From the NCBI GenBank assembly GCA_965112735.1, contig OZ218950.1, positions 5,518,001-5,582,000 of the forward strand: a stretch of 64,000 nucleotides of DNA, written 5' to 3'. The translations under genes and the position numbers were made by a program. This DNA comes from Phaeosaccion multiseriatum. Lineage: Eukaryota; Protista; Ochrophyta, other classes. Position 1 is the stretch's first letter, and each line of letters begins with the position of its first letter. The notes beneath the pieces were generated by a model. That model did no database searches, was not told where the DNA came from, and worked only from the letters and a program-made list of their open reading frames with translations. Shown here piece after piece: positions 24,051 to 35,466 of this stretch.

Positions 24051-25328
24051 CGCCAGCACTAAGCAGTGACTGTTCCGACGGCGCCGACAAAAAGCTCATC
24101 AAGGGTGCTCATGCTGCTGCAGACGCAGTGGAAGGAGGAGGAGGAGGAGGAGGAGGAGGAGGAGGAGGAGGAGGAGGAGGAGGAGGGGGAGGAGGAGGGG
24201 GAGGGGGGGGGGGAGGAAGAGGAGCCACGCGGAAAGACCCCTCCTGGCTGTCGGGGCTTTTCATGGATGCTAGGAGTCTTTCCCCGGAAGACGCAGCGAC
24301 AGCAGCGACTGCGGGGGCTAGTGGAGGCACGCCGGGCGCAGAAGACGCGGATATGGTTGCCGTGAAGACGGAGGCAAGCTTCGAGCAGCAAGAAGCGGTA
24401 GCGACCCCGAGCATGTGGAAGGATGGGGACCTCGAATTCGCAGAGGAGGAGTTCTGGGACTTGGTGGGGGAGGACCTCTCGGCTTTTGGCGCGTCGAACG
24501 TCGCCAACCTCTCAGGCGGCGGCCGCGGCGGCGGCGGCGGCGGTGGTGACGGCAGCGAGAATGACACCACGACACAGGACAGCTCGTCCGACATGGGGGG
24601 TCTCGCTGACCAGCAGCAGCAGGGGCCATGGCAGCCACCGCTGCGGCGCGAGAGCCCGCACCCTCCGCCGACTGTCGTTTTCAACAGTCAGCCAAAGAAC
24701 CCCAACTCGGAAGACGAGCAGCAAGTGGACTTTTACCAGAGGATTTGCGAGTTCCTCAATGAGATTCCATTCGAGAGCCTCGACGTGTGGATGCCGCTGT
24801 CTGGAAAGCCGTCCAACGCCATGGAAGCGATGGGAGAGAGCGCAGAGGAGGAGAGAACGGTTCTGCTGCACGGGGGCTTCTTCTCTCCTTTCCCGGCTTT
24901 GCGGTCATGGGGAGAGTACAGCACAAAATTCAGTTTCAACGACGGAGAGGGAGTACCAGGCAGGGTGTACATGTCGGGGTCTGCCGAGTATCACGAAAAC
25001 GTCCACACTCTTGGTAAGTAAGCTCTCTGGTTTGCCTCTCTGTCTGCCTTGCTCAACTGTAAGCTGTAAGGTGCCGCTCTCTCATTTCCTACCCCCCTTC
25101 CCTACCCCACCAACAACGCGCTTCTTGTTCTCAGACCGGAAGACATTCCTGCGCTTAGATGGAGCCAAGCAGGTGGGCATCTCCTGCACGTTTGGCATCC
25201 CCGTCACCACAGAGAACGGCCTAACCTTCGTGGTAGTGTTCTACTCGAGGGAGAACGTCAAGATGACTGAGGAGCTGAGGCGCTACATCCAGGACAGCAT
25301 CTCCTCGTGGAGGTTTGACATGTCATAA
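22547..25328 (+). CDS. RING-H2 finger + stramenopile-type putative DNA-binding domain + C-terminal GAF domain protein (2 exons; intron 25014-25134)
   Basis: RING: CDGC-x10-CGHLFHTRC-x8-CLSC. Central domain: 'RTGRWNDFEMKYAQALMEEFFRGSLPISEGTKLGSLLCKLLNCSVTRISKKLK'. Poly-Q/poly-G linker. GAF: 'FSFNDGEGVPGRVY...EYHENV...FLRLDGAKQVGISCTFGIPV...FVVVFYS'. The start at 22547 is chosen because the upstream part of the ORF overlaps BBS10-like exons. Confidence 0.75.
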
Positions 25329-25540
25329 TGGTCTGTGTCCTTCCGAAGGGCTCTTTCTTGTTCATAAGCATAAGTTTAGATGTTCATACAACCACAACGG
25401 TACCCATGTATTATTTTGTACGATATACTTTAAAAATGGAATAAAGAGCTGTGCTGAACAGCACAGTCATCATCAAGAGAGTTACGTCGACAAACAGAGA
25501 GCAAGTTGAACCAGCACAAGGTATCCCCGCAAGCTTCTCC

Positions 25541-28500
25541 TCAGCCTACACGGATGCGTTTGAGGCTCGTGTCGCCCCCCCACCCCCCGCCCCCGAGAGG
25601 AGCAAAGTCCCCAAGAGCCCTTGTGCTGCCACCCACAACCACAGCAGGCAAGAGCGTCGCCCCCCTCCCCGCGACGGCGGCTGCGATGACGGCCTCACCC
25701 TTCTCGCTGAAGCGATTCCCCTCCAACGAGAGAAGCTCGAGGCCCCTCGTGTCCTCCTCCCTCCCTTTCCCCCCTCCTTCTCCAGTCTCAGCGCTTGGCT
25801 GACAAGGACCCACGCTCGCCAAAGTGTCTGCCCATGCATCTGTCGAGTCGTCGCTCAGGCCACACCGCGACAAGCCCAACCAGCGCACAGACGCCTGCCC
25901 CTTGTTGGCCGCCATGGCCCTGGCGAGAGACACGGCCCCTGGGTCGCCGATGCCGCAGCCCGCCAAGTTGAGGTGATGGAGGCCGCAAGAGGGATGCCCT
26001 ATCGCCTCAGCCAAGGCCTGCACGTCCCGCCCGTCCATGCCTGTGTCTGTAAGCTGGACTGTCCGTAGGTGCGGCGCTGTGAGCAGCAGAGCCTTGAGGG
26101 CGCTCATCATGCCGCTCGCCCCTCCCAACGAGGGGTTGCCCGACAAGGAAACGTGCTTGAGCTGTCCGCGCGTCTCCCTTTGCACTGTCGACGCCGCCAC
26201 TCCTCTACCGCCTTCGCTGCCTTCACCCTTCTGCTGGTGCTTGCCCGTGAGGCCGGCGAGAGCGAGGAACAGCGCTGCGGCTCCCGCGTTACCAAGTGCA
26301 CAGTCGTTGAGGGCCAAGTGCTCGAGGGCGAACAACCCGTAGCCGTCGGGGGCTGCTGCTGCTGCCGAATCCCCCCGCGGGGAATACTCGTTGGTCGACG
26401 CTGCCTTCTTCAGATGCCGTGGCCCGCCCTTCTCTGTGACCCTCCACAGCGCCTTGGCCAAGGCGAAGCCGCCCTTGTTCCCCAGAGGGAAATTGCACAG
26501 AGTGATGCTGGAGAGAGAGCCTCCGCAGCGGCGGACGAGGCTGATGAGATCCTCGACGTGTTGCCCGCCTCCGTTGCAGAGAATGACCTTCTTCGTCGCC
26601 CTTGTCGCCCCTCTTCGCAGAGCTCTACTCAGAGCGTCCGTAAGCATCTTGATGTCTTTACTGTTGAGACACACGAGCGTGTGTGCAAGGCCAGTTAACT
26701 CGTCCGCCTCGGGGGCGGAGATGGTGTCGCTGTTCCAGTGAAACATGCCCGTCCGCTTGGCCGTATCGTAGGCCTCGAAGTAGGCAAGCGAGCAAAAGCT
26801 CGCCGAGTATTCCCGGCCCTGTTGCAGTTGAAAGAATGAAGCAAGAGTGGGTTTGGAACGCGACGTGAGTGAGCGCAGCTGAAGAGGGAGCGAGGACAAG
26901 GACGAGGATGGTATGCACAGGTATGAGACGCACTTCCTCATACCCTGTACCCCACCTGCGGCCTTGAGACGCTCCAGAATCCTGCTTGATTCAAAGACGC
27001 GTCAAACCTCGAAAGTCCGACTGATTTGTTTTCCTCCCCGCCTTCGTTCTCGTTCAGTCTCTCCCAACCCGGCCATTCATGCAGTGCTTGGTGTCGTAAA
27101 GGCTCCAGGCTGGTTGCGGGTGTTGCCTCCAGCTCCTCAACTCCTCTCTCTCCTCGCGTCACCGGAGTGGAGCTCGGCCTTTGCCCCCCCTCCTCGGCAT
27201 CCCCAGCACCGTCCCCCCCCCCGGCCCTTGTGAGCTCTGTCTGCAGCTGCACGAGAGACTGGACGCGCTGCTGCTGCGCTCTCAAGCGCGCGAGTCTACC
27301 AAGCGTAGGTCCAGGCGCATGGGTCCCCCACCCCCGTCTGCTCGTGCCGTCCTCTCTCCCCTCGAGCTGCTCGACAGCTTCCCTCGCTGTCCTCTCTGTC
27401 GCCTCGGCCCGCCCCTCCCCAAGCCCAAAAGCGTTAACGTCACTGTGGAGCGTGTTGTGCAGCGTGCGAGACAGGCCCACTCCGTCAGGACCCCACTTCT
27501 GCGTCCGCTGTTGCCGCCACGCAGCCCTCTTCCGAGAGCTCGAAGAGCGCGCAAACTCGACTTTGCCCTTCCCCAGGGGGGGAGGAAGACGCGGTAAGTT
27601 CTCCTTGCCTGACAACTGCCACCCCATACGCTCTTCTTTTCCCCTCTTCTCCTCCTCCTCCTCCTCCTCCTCCGCCTCCTTCCCCCCCTCCTCCTCTCTG
27701 TCCTCTGCCTCCTCCCTCTCCTCCTCTGCCTTCTCCTGCTCCTCCTTCTCCCTCCCCTCCTCGTACTCCCCCTCCTGCTTCTCCTTCTCCCAAACGACGT
27801 TACGCCCACCCTCGCAGCCCCCTTGCTGTCCAGCTTCGCTTTCGCTTCCCACGTTCTCGCCAGACACAAATGGTATGGCGCGCTGGCTTGTCGGCTGAAG
27901 TAGCTCCACGGCATCCATGTGCGCTCTCTCCTTTCCCAAGCCGACCACCCCCATCTCACCGCTGCTGCTCCTGCTGCTGCTCCTGCTGCTACTTCTGCTG
28001 CTCCTCCCCTCTTCCCGTGCTTCCGTAGCGCCCCTCGCATTCTGCATAACCGCCGTCATTCGCTCCCGATACACAAGAACGAGGCCCTCCTCCACGGCTC
28101 TGAAGCACTTCCTCACGAGTGTGCGCATCTGTGTCTGTTGGTGCCTCGCCACGAGTGCGTTGAGTCTGCCCTGGTACTCTCTCTGGGCGCTCACCACTCT
28201 CCTGGCTATGAGGGACCTCCACGCACACTGAATGTCCAGCGCTGCAACCCTCTCTCCCTCTTGCACCTTCCTCCACACAGCGAGCACGTTAGCGAATCGC
28301 ATCCTTCTAATCCTACACACCGCTCGAGTGAACAGTTCCTCGTCCAAGAGAGCCCTGGCAACTCGTCTCTCTGCCGTCCGACGCCCCAGACCGCCCCTCG
28401 CCAGTCTCTGAAGAGCAACAGCAGCCGAGTCGCACACACGCCAAGCGTCCAGCCCCATGTCGATAGCTCGAGTCGCCACAGCCGAGGCCAAGCTGCGTAC

Positions 28501-31500
28501 AACAGAAATGCGCCTTCGCACCAGAACCCCTCGACAGCAGGCCTGGATGCAGCTCGCAGCCCTCCACCGGACGATATAGCTCTTCCAGAGGGGCAGGGCG
28601 GAGCTCAGCCAGTCTACGCGCATCCTCTGTAGGATGGGAAGGAGCGCCGCTTGCTTCGTGAAGACCTCCTCCCTTCGCTCGCGCCCTCTCCGACGCCCTA
28701 CCCGTCCGCGGAACAGCCTCGCCACTGTTGTGGCACCCTTGATCTGAAGACAGAGCCTTCGCCAGTCAATCACAACACCGTTCACGAGCCACGTCGCTTG
28801 ACACCGCAGCAACATCCTCGCGGTTTCTTGCACAGCCTTTACGCGCTCTCTGAGCACGTGCAGTCTTCTCCGTGCTCGTTTTGTTCTATACGCCTGCTGA
28901 ATCATCAGCGCCGCGCCTTGTCGCACGGTATAGCGCCTCCAGCCCACCACAATGTGCGTCAAAGCCCGAGTAGCGAGCTTTTGCCTCATCAGCGCGACTG
29001 ACGCTGAGTGCTGACGCTTGACCCGCCTCAGCTCGGCCACAACGGCCACCGCCTGGCACCACCTCCACCAACACTGCAGCAGGGAGGGGCAATCGCACAC
29101 AGAACGGGGGGTCTCGTCATAAATTGCTGCTCTTGTTGTGCTGTCTCACGCACACCATAGCTAGCTCGAACACCTACCTGAATATCGACGGCGCAGTCGC
29201 CCTTGTACGTCTTGGCTTCCACCCACTCCATCTCGAGAGCCTCGAAACAGTCGCGCAGCAACGGCCTCATGACCCTTCCCAAGAGGGCCTTGAGCTGCGC
29301 ACGCTTGTCCCTCAGCCGACGCGCCTCTGCCCTGCCGACGCGGCCTCTCTCTACTCTCTGAATGAGCCGGGCCCGCTTGTCCTCGATGAGCTCGTACCAG
29401 CGGGCAAAGAGCCTGGAGAGAGTCTCCATCCTGTTGCGGCCCATGGCCAAGGCCCCGAGCTGCTTGGCGTGTTGGATCTTCACCTGATGGTGTGTTTCGG
29501 TGTGGGGTGGGGGCCGGGAGGAGAGGGGGAGAGGGGAAGAGGGGGACGGGGGTAGATGCTAAGGACACAGTTGGCGGGCGGCGCGAGGCCGGCGAGCAGC
29601 GCAGCGGTAAGTGGCCTTACCTGCATCTTCTCCCACTGCCGCCTGTCCCATACGTGGCGAATCCATCGCTGTACGCGCGACGCCGCGCCCTCCTCTCTGG
29701 ACGCGGCTGTCTCCACGAGCCAATCCCGCCACACGGGACGCAACTCCCGCACGCGGACAAGCGCAATGCGAGCATCAATGCGCGTCTTGCGCTGCCTCCA
29801 CCGAACGGCGAGGCGGCGGGCAAGGAAGCCGCGGGTCACACGCTCGATTTGCGTAGCACTTTTGTATGTCCTCTTCGTTGTGGTTGTGGTTGTTGGTGGG
29901 GGTGGGGGTGGGAGTGGGGAAGGGGAAGGGGGAGGAAAGGGGACGGGATTGAAAAGGCGGCCTCAGATGCTGCTCTTGGGCAGCAGGGTAGCTTGTGTGG
30001 TGGCTCACCATGATGAAGGCGTTTCGTTTGAGCTTCGCAAAAGCAGTCCACCTTAGTTTGGCCCTCCCCCGCGCAAACAATTTGTTGGCAATCTCTTCTT
30101 TGTGCTCCCTCTCTTTCCTTCGCACCCTAGCCACTCTCCTCGCTTTGCCCCCCCGCACCAACGCCGAGATTTTGGTGGCCGCTCGCTCTCTCTTGAGCAT
30201 GGCGCGGTAGGGCCCTGCCCAGCTGTGGAAGCAGAGCTCCTTCCAGCTCTGGGTCATGAGCATCGCAAACTTCTTGATGGTGACTTCTCGCTCGTGCCCC
30301 ATTCGAACCGCCAATTGGTATACTCTCCACGCCACATGGCTCCGCCAGCAACACTGTAACGTCGTCGCTGCCAGGCGTTGCTTCCGGCCAAGCAAGGCAT
30401 TCGTCCTGGGCAGTGGGTGGAGAGCAGCAGACAAACAAAGTTGGGGTCAAAGTAGAAGCAGAAACCCTTTCTCTTGTCCATCCACACACTCACTTGACGG
30501 CTTTAAAGACGGCCTGGAGCCTTCTCCTCCTCTGCCACGCGTCCCATTCCCTCATGACCTCCCTGAAGGCGATCAGCTCCTGGACCTTTGCCTGGGCGAG
30601 CTTCACTCTCCACCAGCGCTGCAGAGTGCACGCCCCCGCTTCTTCCCGGCCCAGCACCTTCCCCTGCGCCGTGTCCCAGACTAGGAGACACTTTCTGTGG
30701 CGGCTGTCCCAATATAGACTGGGCTTCCAGTCGAAGAGCAGCTGAAGGGAACGCGAGGCCTCGTCCGGTAGCCCTGCCCTGGAGAGAGCGAGGCCGTGGC
30801 GGAGCATGATGGATTCTCTCTCGTCATCCTCCAAGAGCCGCTGCTGATCGGAGCCGCTCCCGCTACTAGAAAGACGGGGGGGGGGGGTGTTGTCTTTTCA
30901 GAAGAGGCTGTATGGGGTCGGGGAGTTCTGCAGTTCAGTACCTACCTCAGTTGTATGGCCCTGTGAAGGAACGCAGCGGCCGTGTGAAAATAGCCAGGCC
31001 CCTTCTGGAAGCACAACATTCCCGCGTCAATCCACGGGCGAGGATGTCGCTGCCACTTGACCCAATTGTCCGTTCCTCTGAACCACACTTTCCTGCGAAT
31101 GCCTGCTCATTTGGGGGTTGGGGGATGAGTAGACCAAAGTGAGCATCTTGCCTTTGGCCCCCTAAAGAGTGCAGCCTATCCTACCCCTACACTTCCACAC
31201 GGGGCATCCGCCTTACATTCCATGGCTTCCACCGAGCTCTCCCCACCACCCGCGGGCATCCACAGCTCGTACTCGGTATAGGCGTTCTCCAGAGACCCCA
31301 TGGTCTGGGCAGCGATAGGAGACGGTGTCATGAGACAAGAAAGCGAGTGGAGAGCAAAGGGCAACACTATGTACCTGTGCGGGCGCGCTACAGTCCACTG
31401 CAGCGAGAGCGCGACTCATCCACAGCAACCACAGGGGAATCCCCTCCACTTGAAGCGCTGGCTGAAGTGCGTCACTATCCGCGGGGGAGGAGAGATAGTC

Positions 31501-32101
31501 AATGTACTCTATAGAGGTGGACAAGCTCTCCGGAGAGCGAGAGTCCAGCGGCAAGCTTCTCTGCCCCAGTGCCAATAGCAGGATGGCCTCCACTGCAGCA
31601 GCTGTGTAGGGCAGAGCCTCCAACAGGGCGGACAGGAGGGCGAGCGCCTTCTGGATACGCGCGCCTGAACACATGCATACCTGCGCAACAAGAATTTCGC
31701 ACGCACATCAGCACGGCAGCAGTGAAAAGGCAACAGCAGCACTAAAGGGGTAGCATCACCTTCGCCAAGGCCAACATCGCCGCCGCCTGCAGCTCCTGGG
31801 CCTCTTCTCCCCCAGGTTGTGCGGCCTTGGCCATACCCGACAGGCAGCTTGACAATGCCCGCCCCGCTCGCAGCAGAAGTGATTCATCGGCCGGCTCCAG
31901 CGCTTGCTCGCCGCTCCTTCTTTGCCAGGCGTGCAAGCTCGACAAACCGAACCGCAGCCACGTGAGGGGGGCATGAACACGCTCCTCGTCCTTGTCCTCC
32001 TTGTCAGGAGTGGTAGGCAACAGCAGCTCAGAGTAAAGCCTGGAGGCTTGAGCAAAATTCTGCTCAAGAAAGGCTCTCGTGGCCTCCTCCAGCTGCGCCA
32101 T
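25541..32101 (-). CDS. Large protein with helical N-terminus, multiple IQ calmodulin-binding motifs and C-terminal RNI-like leucine-rich repeats, multi-exon
   Basis: IQ-like motifs: AALMIQQAYR, AASCIQACCRG, AAVALQRLARG, AALDIQCAWR, AATTLQCCWR. LRRs: LEHLALNDCALGNAGAAAL, LHHLNLAGCGIGDPGAVSLARAM, LELLSLEGNRFSEKG. The two large ORFs are joined by a GT-AG intron ~26954-26879. The start codon is uncertain. Confidence 0.7.
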
Positions 32102-32259
32102 CGCCACTTCAGAACTCGCTCCTCCTCGCTCACTAGTTTTACTGTTACAGAAAATCACAGCTGGCGGTCCAACACAACTCGTGACTTGGACAAGGAAAAC
32201 AGGAAAAAAAGGGGGGGGGGGAAATATATACATACAAGAAGGGAGAGGTGCATGAATAT

Positions 32260-33478
32260 ATGTCGGTGCCGTTCGGCGTGGTCATTCCGGGGCGTCCTTT
32301 ACTGACCGAGTTCAGGTATGAAGTAGACGAGAGACTGAGTCATATAGGTGCCGCGTCTCGTAAAGACTGAGTTACTTTCGGTCTCTCCTTCGCGGCATGC
32401 AGGGCGGTCGACTCTCAGCGGCTGACTTTCGAGGTTCAGAATGCTCGAGAGGTGACAGACCTGGTCTTCTTCTTGCTGCCCACCTCTCCCGTGGCTCCGG
32501 GTATGGCGGCGCTCCTGTACTGCAGCTTCGGTCCTCCCCCCTATTCGGGCTGGTGAGTCTGATACGCCCCCTACCTTTTATACATATCCGCTGCACCTCG
32601 CTGAGCCTTAATATTCAACTACGACACAGGGAACTGGTGGGCGCCGTGTCACAGACGAAGCCTAGTGGAGTGTTCCGGACCGGATGGCCGGAGAACGAGC
32701 AGATCCCGCCAGGAGGGGCAGTCACACTGGGCATATCGCTGGAGGGTGAGTTGTTTTGGGCGGCGGGGCAAGTACACAAGGCGTGGATACCGACTTTACG
32801 ACTTGCTCTTGTCCGTCTGTGTCGTATCCCGTGCAGGCGAAGATGTGATGCACAATCTGGAGCTTGACCGGAGCGGAGTGGAGGAGAGAAAGACTTTTGC
32901 GCTAAAGATAGCTCAAGATCTCTTCAATGTGAGTCATGGGGGCTTGCTTGCGCCCTTGTCGCAGGCGAAGACCAAGGCTTGTCTCGTGTGTCCTTCCTTC
33001 CTTCCTTGCTCCCTCACCAGTAGTTTAGACCCCTGATGCACTATTGAGCCACTATTGCCCCAGCCGGCACGCTATCAGCTATTCCCCCCCCTCCCCCCGC
33101 CCCTCAGCCATTGCGTCTCTGACCACCAGGCATGATTGAGTTAGCCTTCTAGTGTAGCTATCGCCGGCGTCAGCCGGCATGATATGGACCAGCTATGGCC
33201 GGCGCCAGCCGGCACGCAATCAGCTGTTGATGCGTGCCAATAGCGCAGCTATCGGCGATAGCTCAATAGTAGTCAGTGGTCGAGTACTTGACCTGCCTCT
33301 CCTCCCCCCCTGCTTCCCTGCTTCCCTTGCTGTCCTCTTCCCCCAGTTCATGACCTCGTTTAGCCAGACTGGTCCGGGGCAAGGGTCGCTTCTCACTGTG
33401 CCAGCAAGCATCTTCGATCGCTGGATGGAGCGCTTTGAGAACAAGTACAAACGAGACCCAAATTTTATGTTAAAGTAG
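32260..33478 (+). CDS. Hikeshi / OPI10 family protein (Hsp70 nuclear import carrier), 5 exons
   Basis: MSVPFGVVIPGRPLLTEF..., 'WELVGAVSQTKPSGVFRTGW', 'TLGISLE', 'FALKIAQDLFNFMTSF', 'VPASIFDRWMERFENKYKRDPNF'. Confidence 0.9.
33026..33283. mobile_element. Degenerate ~258-bp MITE-like element in the last Hikeshi intron, related to the 18809-19012 element
   Basis: Imperfect TIR: TAGACCCCTGATGCACTATTGAGC (33026-33049) vs GCTCAATAGTAGTCAGTGGTCGA (33261-33283). It contains the identical 16-mer GCCGGCGTCAGCCGGC (33163-33178) plus variants. A TSD is only partially recognisable (agtagtt / agtactt). Confidence 0.6.
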
Positions 33479-33677
33479 CCCCCCTTCCTTTGTTTTGTCA
33501 TCGAGATGTAAATAGTAAATAAAAGAGAAAAAAGAAAGAAAAAAAGAATGAAGGAAAGAAATGGGAAAGTGGAAATTGGATCATATCGATATTTCGATAT
33601 AATATCGACCATATCGATATTGCTGCCCGCTTGTTTGTTCTCTCTCGATCCCTCTCAACAATCAATTCATCTGTATC

Positions 33678-35239
33678 ATGCAACCACCTACACCCGATGA
33701 GCTCGGCCTGGGCGATGGGAAGGGTGGGTTCGACTTCGAGCTCCTGCAAAGGAACCAGCGTCTAGTGGCGTCCCAGTCTCTGCAGGGAGGGGCGCTCAAA
33801 GCAAAGCTCACAGGTACAGGTTACACACGGGGTTGCCTTTGCTGGGGGAAGCTGCTGGTTATGCAGTGGAGCATGGCTTCAGCAAGAGTAGTAGGGTCCG
33901 AAGCAGCAGCAGCAGTGCGATGTGATGCTCAAGCCACGTGACGGGTTGAAGAGAAGAGTAGAGTAACTGGTGTGGAAGTCGACAGAGAGGACAGGCACAG
34001 GCTCCGTCCCGACACTACGGGCACAGGCTCCTTCCTCGGCAGACAGACAATCTGGAGTGTAGCTTGTGCTACTGCTGGGAGCTTTGAGATGGGGCTTGTT
34101 TTCGCCTTGGCCATCATAGAAGAGTCCCGTACGTCAATTACACCGCTGCTGGCCGGGCCCTCTCTTCTGCTCGAGCTCACGCATTGCTCGCTCAACAATT
34201 TCCAGGCACAACGATTGTGGGCATGGTGTACAAGTCTGGGATTGTGCTCGGAGCAGACACAAGGGCCACCGGAGGCTCAGAGGTTTGCGACAAGAACTGT
34301 GACAAAATCCACTACATTGCGCCAAACATTTACTGCTGCGGAGCCGGAACAGCAGCAGACACCGAGAAGACAACAGAAAACGTATCAGGACAGGTATGTT
34401 GATCGTCGAACGGTGCTCGAAGAGTGAGATTCGACTCATTGTTCACGCCCCTCCCTCCCCCTACCTGCCCCCCCCCCGCCCCCATTCCAGCTGGACCTGC
34501 TGCGACTGAGCACGGGCATGGGATCACGCGTGGTGACGGCCTTGACGGTTCTCAAGCGCATGCTTTACAGGTACCGTGAAAGTGTATATATCCTGCAGAT
34601 TTGGGGGAGGCTCATAGAGTAAGACATAATGTAAAAAAAACCCTCCCCGCTCAAACCCTTGCAGGTATCAAGGGCACATTAGCGCCGCACTGGTGCTCGG
34701 CGGGGTGGACTGCACAGGGCCGCACCTGTACAACGTGTACCCACACGGCAGCAGCGACAAGCTTCCCTTCGTCACCATGGGGTCGGGCTCTCTGGCCGCC
34801 ATGAGCGTGTTCGAGACCAAGTACGAGGATGAAATGAGCGAGGCGGACGGCGTGGAGCTGGTCAAGGAGGCCATCTTGGCGGGTGTGTTCAACGACCTTG
34901 GCTCGGGCAGCAACTGTGATATTACCATCATTCGCACAGACGGTAAGACAAGCACAATGCAGCCAGGGCAGGGCAGGGCAGGGCAGGGCAGTAGCGCGGG
35001 GCAGGGGCGCACACGTCATGCGAGAGCTCCCCATTCTCAACCCTGTGCATGTGCGATGCTCTGTCAATTGGTGACCGACCCCCCACAACCACACAGGGAC
35101 TGTAACGCGGAAGCGTGGATACGAGACGCCCAACGACGTGGGGCTGCTGCGGGATGCCGTCACCAGACCTGCTGCTGTCAAGGTGCCCCTCGGGGCCACA
35201 AAGGTGGAGAGCAGCACGACGGTCAAGGCCTCGGCATGA
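33678..35239 (+). CDS. PSMB7: 20S proteasome subunit beta-2 (PSMB7/PUP1), multi-exon
   Basis: Propeptide '[11 protein letters not shown]', then G|[21 protein letters not shown]...[26 protein letters not shown], '[26 protein letters not shown]' and '[14 protein letters not shown]'. Stop at 35237-35239. Confidence 0.96.
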
Positions 35240-35466
35240 TAGGGAAACAGAGGCCTTGTTGCTCCTTGACGGGTGGGTATCAATGGCCTAGACTCGGCGG
35301 CATCGATCTTGGTTACAGTATCGCCCCCCGTCCTCCCCTCCACCATGTGTGTGTGTGTGCGTGCGTGCTTCGGTGTGAGTAAAGGACGGACAATCAAATC
35401 ACCCAAAAATTATACATACATTGAACGCCTCCACAAAAAACCTCTTCTAGCTCCTCAGTCACTCAG

